Notes under the pieces: generated by a model
Seen by the model: the letters and a program-made list of their open reading frames with translations, nothing else
Told to the model about the DNA's origin: nothing
The model's database searches: none
Assembly: GCA_977017645.1 (NCBI GenBank)
Contig: OZ360223.1
Location: forward strand, 198,152,001 to 198,216,000
Direction: 5' to 3'
From: Torpedo marmorata
Taxonomy: Eukaryota
DNA: 64,000 bases
Shown: one piece after another, positions 13,797 through 26,900 of the stretch
How positions within the stretch are numbered: the first letter of the stretch is position 1
How the letters are laid out: every line of letters begins with the position of its first letter
Program-made: the position numbers and the translations under genes

Positions 13797-15626
13797 AACT
13801 ATCGTTCTTCTTGGAGCAAGATGCACTTTCCCTCCTCTTCCCCATATAAGATTTTATGTTGTAACTTGCCTAACTTCTGTTTAATCTTTAAAAATGAGTT
13901 TATCAATCATAATATTTGAAACATTTACAGTTCGCTTTATTTTTTAACTCGCTGTCTCTTCAAGAATTCTAATCATAAATTACTAAGGTTTTTCTGATTT
14001 GGTAAACAGCTTTAGTGATTCTTTCTTTGGGCTCAAAACACTAGGCTACCCTTTTACTGATTACCAAAAGTTGCCCAGTTAAGTTCCTCGTGAATGGCTA
14101 CTAATCTGGCATATAAAGATACTGCTGGTGAGATTTGTATTTTTTCGGTTTAGTACTGGATTAGGTGGAAATTTAAAAAAATGACATTCATCTGCATTAT
14201 TCTGACCCATGTTGCAAAATTAATTTGGTAACAATCCCTTTCATTGCAATGACATTAAGTAGGTTTCTTTAGGGATTTACCCAATCCCTATGTGACACAG
14301 TTTAAATATACTGGTATGTTGTCCAGTTCTCGAAATAGAACTGTTTCCAGACTTTGGAAATCTATCCCTCTTAGATACCAGTATCAAGTTTAGCATTAGC
14401 TCAGCTAAAGTCAGCTCGAGGTCAATTCATCATTTTTAAATAAATCCCATCCACCAATCCATTAGTGGTCTGCAGGTTTTATCTTATTGGCCCGAAATTT
14501 GCTGAATGTTTCTTGCCACTCATGCTGACTATTGAGATCATGCGCTTATCTGGTTAACATTTGGAAGGCTTAACTTGCTGGATACAAATATTCAGAACAC
14601 ATCCCATGGGGCCTTGTGTGGTGGAATGGCTTCATATGAAGCAATCTGCTTATGGGTGTTGGACAGCAAGAGCACTGCCCACAAGATAGCTGGGAAAACC
14701 ATTGACAGAGCGCAACGCACCCCACCTTGCCAAACCTGTTGGCTTCTGATTGTCCCTGATATTCTGAAACATTCAAAAAAAGTGCAAGAAGATTAAAGCA
14801 CGTATATAACTACAAATATTCTGAATACAAATGATTAACAGGATTCAATTTTGTTGCAACACCTGTTGCAGCACTGCATAACTGGTGAAATCCAGTAGGT
14901 TCAGGCTCTGCCCTGGGGTTCCAGGCAGAGCTCAGCATCAAGTCTGGGACTTAACATATTGGACTGGCTTTCACTTTAAAGGCACAAATGTTGGCATTTC
15001 ACTGCAGATCTGCTGGAACTTCACGCCAGATTCCAGCTAAATATTTCAAATAGTTCCATGCCAAAAGAATGGCAGCAACTGAGTTTGATAACTGGTGACT
15101 GAAGCGAAATTCAGCATTTCCTGAAAGGATCACTAAATTAACATTACACCTGTCCTAATCCACACTGTTACTATTGTGGAACAGACAAAGGAAATAACAG
15201 GTGTGTCCAGAATCTCTGCTGGGTCCACATTTTTTTTTTGGAGAATGTGGCCTGGAGATCAGGGGTTGAATTAAAGCTTCAGTCAAGAGGCAGTGGTTGG
15301 ATCAGGCATTGCCCAGGCAGTCAGGTCGGGTCAGTATCCCATTTTCAGGCCAGTCAGGGATTGGACTAGGGAGTTAGGTCATTCCAGGAGGTCATTCCAG
15401 GAGGCATATGGGTCATGGTTGGGGTTCAGTTAACGGATTGGAGTGAGAGGCCAATCGGAGTAGTTGTGAAAGTCATTGTCCTGTAACAGGGGAGTTGGGA
15501 GTGAAGTTGGTTGAGGGGAGGGTTGGTACTGCGACTGATCTGGGGGCTGAAATAGAGGAGGTAGGTAAAGGAGCCATGATTAGTGGAGTTCCCAAACCTC
15601 AGGGAGGAGAGTGAATTCTGAGAGAC

Positions 15627-18600
15627 TGATGAGCCCATCAATAACTTCAAAAGACTAGAAGTTGTACTTGAACTGAAAGGCTTTTATTAGCAATAGAATG
15701 GAGTCACATCCATGCTGGTAATCTGTCCTGGAGTGGGGGAGGAGCAGTGGCACAATCACCTTTATTCATGGGGTCTGTGGGAGGAACCACAGGAACAGTC
15801 AGCAGAGGGCATGTCCAGACATCTCACCCAGCCACAACCTATATACAGTGGTTTACCACATTCACCCCTCCTTTTAAAAGAGTCCCACGGGGTAAAGGGT
15901 GTAACCATATTTACAAATAAGGTACAAATCAGTATATTTACAGATCGAGTCTATCAGGCGGTCGAGTCCACCGCTGTGATCGGCGCAGCACTTGTGGTGA
16001 TTGGGCAGGCGGCGGTGCTTGTGCTGCCTCCTGCCTGATTTGAGGTAGTAGCACGTCTGGCGTCGGCAAGACCTCGTATGTGTATGCCACGGCCGGTATG
16101 GGGGTCGTTTGGTGTCTGTGTCGAGTGTGAATTAAGTGGTGTCTCCTGTGTGTATCTAGCAGTCGGTGTGGGGGTGACAGTAACCATGGAGTGTTCGGGG
16201 GCGGGCCCCAGTGCTCCCGCGGGCGCCAGGTCCCGGATGGAGACTGTGTCTTCCTGCCCATCAGGAAAAATCACGTAGGCGTACTGGGGGTTCGCGTGTA
16301 GTAGGTGAACCCTCACATGTTTCCAGAGTAGCACTGGCCCTGAGGACGTCAGCCATGCTGGTAGGGTAGTCCTGGTGGTCGACTTCCTGGGGAAGGAAAA
16401 GAGTCGCTTATGAGGGGTGGCATTGGTGGATGTGCATAGCAGGGAGCGGATGGAGTGGAGTGCCTCGGGAAGGACTTCCTGCCATCGGGAGACGGGTAGT
16501 TCCTTAGACCTGAGGGCTAAGAGTGTGGCCTTCCAGACCGTGGCGTTCTCCCTCTCCACTTGTCCATTCCCCCAGGAGTTATAGCTCGTGGTCCTGCTCG
16601 TCGCGATACCCCTGGCCAGCAGGTATTGGCGCAGATCGTCGCTCATAAAAGAGGAGCCTCGGTCACTATGAATATAGCAGGGCTATCCAAACAACATGAA
16701 GAGTTTACGTAGGGATTTATGACCGAAGTGATCGTGGTATCGGGGCAGGGAATGGCGAAAGGGAACCGCGAGTACTCGTCAATGACGTTAAGAAAGTACA
16801 CATTGCGATCGGTAGAGGGGAGGGGGCCCTTAAAGTCAACACTCAGTCGCTCAAGGGGTGGGTAGCTTTGATCAGCTGTGCCTTTTCAGGTCGGTAGAAG
16901 TATGGTTTGCAATCCGCGCAGACTTGGCAGTCCCCGGTCATCGGCCTGAGTTCGATTCTCCACCTCAGAATTTTATTATTTTTGATTTTACCCCACTGCT
17001 GATTGCTGAACATAAATGCGACTGAGCGTTGGTCAGTCAGCAGGGTAAACCTTTTGCCGGCAAGATAGTGCCTCCAGTGCCTGATGGCTTCCACTATGGC
17101 CTGGGCCTCTTTCTCCACTGCTGAGTGCCAAATTTCTGGGCCTTGAAGTGTACGGGAGAAGAACGCCACCGGTCTTCCCGCCTGGTTGAGGGTAGCAGCC
17201 AGTGCGAAGTCGGACGCGTCGCTCTCTACTTGGAAGGGAGTGGACTCGTTCACCGCGTGCATTGCTGCTTTGGCAATGTCCTCTTTGATGAGGCTGAAGG
17301 CCGCGCGGGCCTCAGCTGAGAGAGTAAAAGTGGTGGACTTGACTAGGGGGCGGGCCTTGTCCGCGTAATTAGGGACCCATTGGGTGTAATATGAAAAGAA
17401 GCCCAAGCACCTTTTGAGGGCTATGAGGGTGTGAGGAAGCGGTAGTTCCAGCAGGGAGCGCATGCGGTTGGGGTCAGGGCCGATGACTCCGTTCTCCATG
17501 ACGCTCCCCAGGATAGCGATTCGGGTGGTTCCGAACATGCACTTATCCTTGTTGTAGGTGAGGTTGAATGTTTAAGCCGCCTGGAGAAACTTCCGGAGAT
17601 TGTTATCATTATCCTGCCGGTTGTGACCACAGATGGTAATATTGTCCAGGTATGGGAATGTGGCCTTTTATTGGCACAGGTCCACCATCCTGTCCATCTC
17701 CCTCTGGAAGACAGATACCCCATTTGTGACCCCGAAGGGTACGCGCAGGAAGTGATAGAGTCTGCCGTCCGCCTCGAAGGCGGTGTAAGGGCGGTCCTCC
17801 CAGCGGATGGGGAGCTGATGGAAGGTGGATTTAAGGTATATAGTGGAATACTGCTTGTACTGCGCTATCTGGTTCACCTTATCCGCGATGCGTGGTAGAG
17901 GGTACGCGTCAAGCTGCGTGTATCTATTGACGGTCTGGCTATATATAGTCTACCACCATTCTATGTTTCTCCCCGTTTTTAACGACAACCACTTGGGCCC
18001 TCCAGGGACTTGTGCTCGTCTCAATGATCCCTTCCCTGAGCAGCCGCTGCACCTCTGACTTAATGAAGGCCCTGTCCCCCACGCTGTATCTCCTGCTTTT
18101 GGTTGCAACAGGGGTCAGGTTGGCGAACAGCGTTGGGGGATGGATCTTGAGGGTGGAGAGGCGGCAAGTAGTGTCTATGATGCGGCTGCGCGTGTGATGT
18201 GGTGGGATACTTCTAGTATGCCTGAGGAATTGAGGGTTACTGACAGTGATTGGTGGGAGGGGCCCATCATACTCCATCGTCACACTTTGAAGGTGGCTCT
18301 GGAAGTCGAGCCCCAGCAGCACAGGGGCACACAGTCGAGGCATGACCAGTAACGTAAAGTCCCAATATTCAGTGTCCTGCACCACTAGCGTTGCTACACA
18401 GCCCCCCCCCCCCAGCTGTCTGTTGTGTGGCACCCGGAAGCCATGGCGACCCTCTGGCTTACCGGCTGTGTCGTGAGTCCACAGTGCTGCACTGTGTCTG
18501 GGTGGATGAAGCTCTCCGTGCTGCCCGTGTCGAAAAGGCAGCTTGTCCTGTGTCCCTCAAACAGAATGTCCATCATAGACCTCGCGAGTTGGTGGGGTGC

Positions 18601-19925
18601 ACTTTGGTCGAGGGTAACGGAGGTCAAAGTTGAGTCGATGTCTTGATCCGACGCGATGGGATGACTGGTGTTCCGTTCCTGCAATGGAGGGGCCAGGGAT
18701 GACGGCACCCGTGGGTCGTGGGCCGCGTATTGTCGGCAAGATGGCGATGAACAAGATGGCCACTCCCATGACTTGCACGAGTTGGCCGCGGGTGTGTAAG
18801 ATGGCGACGACGGAAATGACGACAAACACGATGGCTGCCCCCGTGTCTCGCACATGATGGCAGCGGACGGGCAAGATGGCGACGGCAACAATGGCGACCC
18901 CCATGCCTCGCATGCAGCGCTGCTCGATCCCGCTCGCGGTTTGATTTACAGACCTTGGTGAAGAGGCCTTTCTTCCCGCTGCTGGTGCAGGTTATCTCTC
19001 GGGCCGGGCAGCATTTCCGGGGGTGCTTTTCGAGTCCGCAGAAGTAGCACTTTGCAGACTCACAACTGGCGGCAGCTGTGGTTGATTCACTGGTGTGGTG
19101 CAGGGTCTGCAGCATCCACGGAGCCGGCGGGAGATCGCGTGCCTGGATAGCGTCGGAGTTCTGCAGAGCAGCTTCCAGCATATCGGCCAGCTCTATCGCC
19201 GAGCGTAATGTGAGGTCGGCTTGTTCCAGCAGGTGCTGGTGCACATACACCTATCTGGTCCCAGTGACAAATGTGTCTCTTACTAGGAGCTGCGCATGTT
19301 CTCCGGGCGTCAGTCCCTGGCAATCGTAGGCCCACACGAGTGTCTGTAGGGCCCAGACGAACTCAGCGCTCGACCCACCGGGCCGCTGCTGCCGTGTCGC
19401 TAACCGATGTCGCGTGTAGATGGTATTTACTGGCCGTAGGTACTGTCTTTTGAGGGCGTTCATCGCGCCATCGTAGGTCTGCAGGTCTCGGATCATCGAG
19501 TAGACCCTTGGGCTGACCCTAGAGAGGAGAACTTTGCATTTTGAAGCATCTTCGCCCACCTTGATTTCTTCCAGGTACGACTCAAAGCAGGCTAGCCAGA
19601 GTTCGAAAGCATTGCCGGCCTCTGGTGTTTGAGGATCGAGGTCCAGCTTGTCGGGTCTCAGGACGTTTTCCATGACTTAAATATTGCTAATAAAATTGAT
19701 GAGCCCATCAATAACTTCAAAAGACTAGAAGTTGTACTTGAACTGAAAGGCTTTTATTACCAATCGAATTGAGTCACATCCATGCTGGTTATCTGTCCTG
19801 GACTGGGGGAGGAGCAGTGGCACAATCGCCTTTATTCAGGGGGTCTGTGGGAGGAGCCACAGGAACAGTCAGCAGAGGGCATGTCCAGACATCTCACCCA
19901 GCCACAACCACTGTGGTTTACCACA
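15627..19925 (-). mobile_element. Ty3/Gypsy LTR retrotransposon copy A, full length but defective
   Basis: LTRs 15627-15860 and 19697-19925 (TG..CA); TSD GAGAC (15622-15626, 19926-19930); PPT GGAGGGGTGAA; gag, protease (FDTGST), RT, RNase H and integrase split by stops, frameshifts and deletions. Confidence 0.96.
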
Positions 19926-20789
19926 GAGACATGGTGACAGGCGCACTTCTGAATAACATAATCACATTTCCTGGCAATAACTTAAGGGAGTATTTCATAG
20001 CAATTGATATTGTTCCATACACATCTGATACCAAAAAATTTAATTGTGCAAATGTGACTTGTGACCAGAGGATCTGATTGAACTTCCATAATATGATGGA
20101 ACCTAGACTCCATCTGCATATACATGATGCTGAGATAAAAATAACAGTACATGTATGAATTTCTTGGTCAGAGATATTCTAATTGGTTAATAAACCACAG
20201 CATGGATGTCATCTAAGAATAATGTTTCAGCCTTGAAGGTAAACTGTTTTGAAATGTCATAAGGCACAATAGTAATTTTTTTTAATTAAAAAAAAAATTA
20301 AAATTTTTGCTTCTGCCATCTTTTTATTTAATGTGAATTCCAATAGTTCAGCTCACACGGTGATTTTCAACTGACATCTTCTGAATTATTATTGCAGTCC
20401 TTCAATCCACAAGATAACCAGCACACAGTTGTGGTGTTCATTTACAATATTTTAAAATAAATTCTGTTCATCAACACTTAGACCAAAATGTTCAAGTTTA
20501 CCATGATTGTTAAATGGTGATAAAGGAAAGGAAATGTGACATAAATCTGATGTTGCCCATTTTCTATCCTGGCAATTTCAGCTTTTCTGCCTTAGATTCT
20601 CAGAATATTTCTTTAGAAAGCTACAGCTGACCTTTGTAATTTGAATGCAGTCAGCAGCGGTTGTCAGTTGGGTTTATAAATCTTTCCATGGGTAAATGGA
20701 TGTAGGCTTGATCTTTATCACTTGTCAAGTGTCTGCAGAAGTGTATAGCTTTCAGCTTGGTGATGAATTCCACTGCATGGATCCAGTTA

Positions 20790-21360
20790 TAGAATGATAC
20801 AGCACCTAAGGAGGCTGCTTATTGTGCTCTGCCTGGCCCTTTGGTAGAGTATCCGATTAATTCAATTCACCTACTTTTTCTTGCAATAGGCCTAGCATTT
20901 TCCCTTCTCCAAGTAGTTAGCCAATTCTTGTCTTGACATTATAATTACATCTGCTTCCACCAGTCTTTAGTATCATGTAAAAATAAAAGCTCCTTTGTAT
21001 TATCTCCGATTCTTTTGTCAGTCATCTTAGATCTATGTCCCCTTATGTTTAGTTTATTTCTATTGGAAAAGCACTCCCTTTATTTTATCAAAATATTCAT
21101 TTTTCTGAACACTTGCATCAAATCTCTTAATTGCCCCAGTTCTCAGAACAGCAACCCTAACTGATCTAGTCTCCCTAATTAACAGAAATCTCTCGTATCT
21201 GCACCCTCTCTAACTCCTTCCAAGCATATGTCCCAAGAGCTGACCACAGTCTTCCCAAGATAATTTCATTCCTTTCTACCCTGTTCTTTCATTAATAAAG
21301 CCAAAGTCCTTGTACTTTTGGAACACTCTTGTCAAATTATCCTGCCAATTTCAATTACAC
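20790..21360 (-). mobile_element. Ancient CR1 3' remnant
   Basis: Starts with ATAGAATGATACAGCAC (reverse-complement CR1 tail); weak similarity to CR1 RT-end sequence. Confidence 0.45.
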
Positions 21361-21614
21361 ATCCTGGGCCCTTTACTAAAAAATACCTCAATCATTAATT
21401 GTAATTAATTGGAAAATTAAAACTCAACTAGTACTCATTGTCATAATATGAAATTGATTCACTGGGCTATGTGAGCATGATGCTGTACGTACTGATGCAC
21501 AGTAGTCATTGGTTATGTGGCATTGATGTTTATACCCTACACCAGGCTCTGGCTCATGGTTGCACAAAATACCATTTGGAATGGGATTGACAACCTTAGA
21601 TCCATGTGTTGGGA

Positions 21615-21855
21615 ACAGATAAGCAGCGCGATTGGCTCAATGCTATTACGCCATCGACCTGGGTTAGAATCTGACGCTGTCTATAAGGAGTTTGTACGTT
21701 CTCCTCATGACCTGCTTGGGTATCCTCTGGGTGCTCCAATTTCCTCCTACCCTTGGAAATGTATGGTTTTGGTGGGTTAATTTGGTGCAAATGGGCAGGA
21801 TGGGTTTCATGGGCCAGAAAGGCCTTCTACCGCGCTGTATCATTAAATTTAAAAT
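21615..21855 (+). mobile_element. HE1-like V-SINE
   Basis: GACCTGGGTTAGAATC; AGGAGTTTGTACGTTCTCC...GGGTGCTCCAATTTCCTCC; tail GGGCCAGAAAGGCC...GCTGTAT. Confidence 0.75.
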
Positions 21856-23911
21856 ATGGTAGCCATATGAAGTTAGTGGAAGGAGCACATCTCTGCCAAA
21901 ATGCTGATGCCCAACGCACAATGAACTGAGCAACCTCCTTGGGTCATTCTATAATTGGACCCATGGATTGGAATTCAAAGATTGCTTTCATTGGATGACA
22001 GGACATTTAGAGTGGATGTGGGTGGGGTCCATGGAGCACTGAGAAAGTAAGCGAGTTGCTGGATTTGAACTTGGGTAGCACAGCTTGCAGAAATTGATTT
22101 TAAAATAGCAAACATCAAACAGAAGAAAAGCAAACCTTCAGCCTCCCATACAGTGAACATTTGCACTCTGGACATCTCAAAGTCACCTGGTTGCTTTCAT
22201 CTTGTGAGTAAATACAGTGTGAGCAGCCAGTGTGCACACAGCAAAGTTTCAACATGTAATCTCTATTACTAATGTTGGTGAGGACATTCCCGTTTAGCCA
22301 GGGGAATGAGAAAACTTCTATCTCTTATTGAATTTTGCAATGTGATCTTTACTTCAACAGACCTCAAAAATAGTAGTCTGTTAGTATTGTAGTGCAGGAT
22401 CAGCATAGCTGATGGTTTGAACTTGTAATCTGCTGACTCAAGTTCATACTTGCAGTAGGTATGTAGAACAGACTCTCTGGGAAATTAAAATGTTCCTATC
22501 TTGACATGCAATGTTATTGGGAGGTGTGGCTTCTCCACTTTGTCCTCAGAGGGTTAGTGCAATAATGCATTCAGCTGTTAACATCATCACAAGTATCTTC
22601 CCTGATCAAGCATTTAGTACAATCTCTGGGGAATGTTTTTTATTATATTTATTGAGCCATGCCTGATTATGTTGGAAATTGAATGCAATCAAAGATTTCT
22701 GCATTTTAAAATTTTTAATATTTAGCAAGGAATTATTGAAGAAAGAATATAATTTACAACATGAATTAACAAATAAAAGGACAATTCCAGAAATGTATTC
22801 ATCCTATGTGATTGCTTTGATCTCAAAAAAAATTTAAACGCTGCACACTTTGCAACAGCGGCAATTACCTGTTGAGCAATGACTTTGGTTTGCTGTAGTC
22901 AAATAAATCAGCTCAGAAGGTTGATGACGTTTCTCTATCAACTCAGCAGAGAGGAAAGCCATCTGCATTCTCACTGCACACCTAGTACACGCAACTTGTC
23001 AGCAAAGCATTTCAATGGACTTTCAGAAACATTAGACATGGATGGAATTAAAATTGTTTTGATTTGCACGCTGCGACATTGAGAGCATATCCAGTGTCAA
23101 TCTGTTATATAAAAAAATACTGTTGAATGGCAGGTGAACAGATGCAACTTTTCCAATTGCTGCTGATTTTTTTTAACAGCCATTTAAAATATAGTCATAA
23201 ACTGGAAACTATCAGGGTATACAAGGATCAATTTTCACTAAGTTGTATGGAAATTGGCAGGAAATATTGGAGATAAAGTTGTAGCAATAATAATCTGTGT
23301 GTAAGTATCTAGCTTTGTAATGATACAATATGTATATGAAGCAAAGAACCATAAAATATTACAGCACAGAAAACAGGTTGTACGGCCTTTCTAGTCTGTG
23401 CTGAACTATTATTCTGCCTAGTCCTATTGACCTTCACCCATTCCATATCCCCACATACTCCCTCCCAAATTTTTAAAATGTTAAAATTGAGCCCACATTC
23501 ACCATTTCAGCTGGCAGCTCATTCCAGACTCCCACCGCTCTCTGTGTGAAGGAATTCCCCCTAATGTTGCCTCTAAACTTCTTCCCTTTCACGCTGAACC
23601 CATATCCTCTGGTTTGTCCTCGCCTAACCTCAGTGGAAAAAGCCTACTTGCATTTACTCTATCTATGCCCATCATAATTGGTCACTTCATCAAATCTCCC
23701 CTCATTCTTCTATGCTCAAGGGAATAAAGTTCTAAACTGTTTAACCTTTGCCTGTAACTCAATTCCGCAAAGTCTGGTAACATCCTAGTAAATCTTCTTT
23801 GCACTATTTCAATTTTGTTGGTATCTTTCCTGTAGTTAGGTGACCAAAATTGCACACAATACTCCAAATTTGGCCTCACCAATGTCTTATACAACTTTAC
23901 CATAACATCCC

Positions 23912-26900
23912 TGATAGGCCTATCAATAACAACTCAAAGACTGTGAGAGCGAGTGAATCATAGGCTTTTATTGGCTAAGAATGGAGCTGAGCTTCCTCCT
24001 CGATCAGGTCCGGACTGAAGGGGGGTGGCCGAGATACAGTGGCCTTTATTCAGGTGAGGAAAGGGGAGGGATTACCTGGACACCCAAGGGAGGGGAGGGA
24101 GTAGCCATCAGTCCGGCCCGCAGTACCTATACGTACCACCAATACAAGCACAGTGGTTTACCACATTCACCCCTCCTTTTTAAAAAGAGTCCAGCGGGGT
24201 GACGTGACCACTCCATTTACACAAAAAAATATATACATATATACATACAGACCCTCCTTTTCACAGGTCGAGGCGATCCGGCGGCCGAATTTTCCGCTGT
24301 GACCTGCGTAATGGCGGGTCGGGCTGTGGTGCTGGGGAAGATATTAGAGATGGGGGAGGTGGTAGGGTCGTCTGTGCCGTCGCCTCCTGCCTGGCCTCTC
24401 GGAATGACTGCGGTGCCGTTGAGGGGGCGGGGTCTAGCACATCGGGTGGGGCGTTAGGAAGAGGTTGCTGCGTGTTCTGTGGTACGTGGACTTGCCCGTC
24501 GGAATGCCCAACTGGCGCCCCATCAGGCGCCAGGTCTCTGATGGAGACGGTGTCTTCTCGTCCATCCGGGAAGACCACGTACGCATACTGGGGGTTGGCG
24601 TGCGCCAACTGCACCCTCTGAACCGTCGGTTCATATTTGCTGCTCCGAAGGTGGTTCCGGAGCAGCACTGGTCCCGGGGACATCAGCCAGGCAGGTAGGG
24701 AGGTCCCGGTGGTCGACTTCCTAGGGAAAGAAAGAAATCGTTCATGAGGGGTTGCGTTGGTGGAAGTGCACAAAAGGGACCGGATAGAGTGGAGGGCTTC
24801 GGGGAGAACATCCTGCCAGCGGGAGACCGGCCAGCCCTTTGACTTAAGGGCTAGGAGCGCGGCCTTCCACACCGTGGCGTTCTCCCTTTCCACCTGTCCG
24901 TTTCCTCGGGGGTTGTATGCTGTTGTCCTGCTAGTGGCGATGCCTCGGTCCTGCAGGTACCGGCGCAGCTCCTCACTCATAAAAGCTGCTCCCCGGTCGC
25001 TATGTATGTAGTTTGGGAACCCAAACAGCGTGAATACCTGGTGGAGAGCTTTTATGGTTGAGGTAACTGAGGTGTCGGGGCAGGGGATGGCAAAGGGGAA
25101 CCGCGAGTACTCGTCAACAATGTTTAGGAAGTACACGTTGCGGTTCGTGGAGGGGAGGGGCCCCTTGAAGTCAATACTAAGACGTTCAAAGGGGCGCGTG
25201 GCTTTGATCAGCTGTGCCCTGTCCGGGCGGTAGAACTGAGGTTTGCACTCTGCGCAAACACGACAGTCTCTGGTCAAAGCCCTGACCTCTTCCAGGGAGT
25301 ATGGCAGGTTCTGTGCCTTCACGAAGTGAAAAAGCCTGGTAACTCCTGGGTGACAGAGGAGGTCATGTAGGGCATGTAATCGGTCGATCTGCGCGCTGGC
25401 GCACGATCCCCGGGATAGAGCGTCTGAGGGCTCATTGAGCTTCCCGGGCCGGTAGAGGATGTCGTAGTTATAGGTGGAGAGTTCTATTCTCCACCTCATG
25501 ATCTTATCGTTTTTGATCTTACCCCGCTGCTGGTTGCTGAACATAAATGCTACCGAGCGTTGGTCGGTCAGCAGGGTAAAATGCTTGCCGGCGAGATAGT
25601 GCCTCCAGTGCCTGATTGCTTCCACGATGGCCTGGGCTTCTTTCTCCACCGCGGAGTGCCGAATTTCGGGGCCCTGAAGGGTGCGCGAGAAAAACGCCAC
25701 CGGCCTTCCCGCCTGGTTGAGGGTAGCAGCCAGCGCGAAGTCCGACGCGTCACTCTCTACCTGGAAAGGTATCTCCTCATCCACCGCGTGCATTGTTGCT
25801 CGCGCAATGTCCCCTTTTATAAGGTCAAAGGCCTTACGTGCCTCCGAGTCAAGGGGAAATACGGTGGATTTTACCAGGGGTCGGGCCTTATCTGCATAAT
25901 TCGGTACCCACTGTGCATAATATGAAAAGAACCCGAGGCATCGCTTGAGTGCTTTGGGGGTGGAGGGTAGTGGAAGTTCCAGTAGGGGGCGCATGCGATC
26001 GGGGTCTGGCCCAATCACCCCGTTCTCTACCACGTACACACATTTATCTTTATTGTATGTTAAGTTAAGTGCTTTAGCCGCCTGCAGGAACTTCCGGAGG
26101 TTGGTGTCGTGATCCTGGCGATCCAGCCCACAGATGGTGATATCGTCCAGGTACGGGAAGGTGGCTTTAAGTTTATACACATCCACAATGTTATTCATCT
26201 CCCGCTGGAACACAGAAACACCATTAGTAACCCCGAACGGGACCCGCAGGAAGTGGAACAGTTTCCCGTCAGCCTCAAACGCAGTGTACTGGCGGTCCTC
26301 CCGGCGGATAGGGAGCTGATGGTACGCGGACTTCAGGTCAATCGTGGAAAAGACCTTGTACTGGGCGATCTGATTAACCATGTCCGCTATCCTTGGTAGC
26401 GGGTATGAGTCCAACAAGGTGAACCGGTTAATCGTCTGACTGTAGTCCACCACCATCCTCCTCTTGGCCCCTTTTACCACGACCACCTGGGCCCTCCAGG
26501 GACTATTGCTCTTTTCAATAATCCCCTCTTGTAGCAACCTCTGAACCTCCGCCCTGATAAACGCCCTGTCCTCCGAACTGTATCGCCTGCTCTTGGTTGC
26601 AACAGGCTTACAGTCCGGGGTCAGGTTGGCGAATAGCGACGGAGGCGAGATCTTAAGAGTGGAGAGGCCACAGGTAGTCTGGGGCTCATTATTAAGGAAC
26701 TGGGGGTTGACTACAGTGATCGCAGGGTGGGGACCATCGTACCGCATAGTGACACTGCGCAAGTGACTCTGAAAATCAAGCCCCAACAATACAGGTGCAC
26801 ATAAACGATTCATTATTAACAAAGAAAAATGTTTGTACTTAGTCCCCTGTACCACAATATCAGCCACACAAGCCCCCCGGATGTCTGTTGTGTGTGCCCC

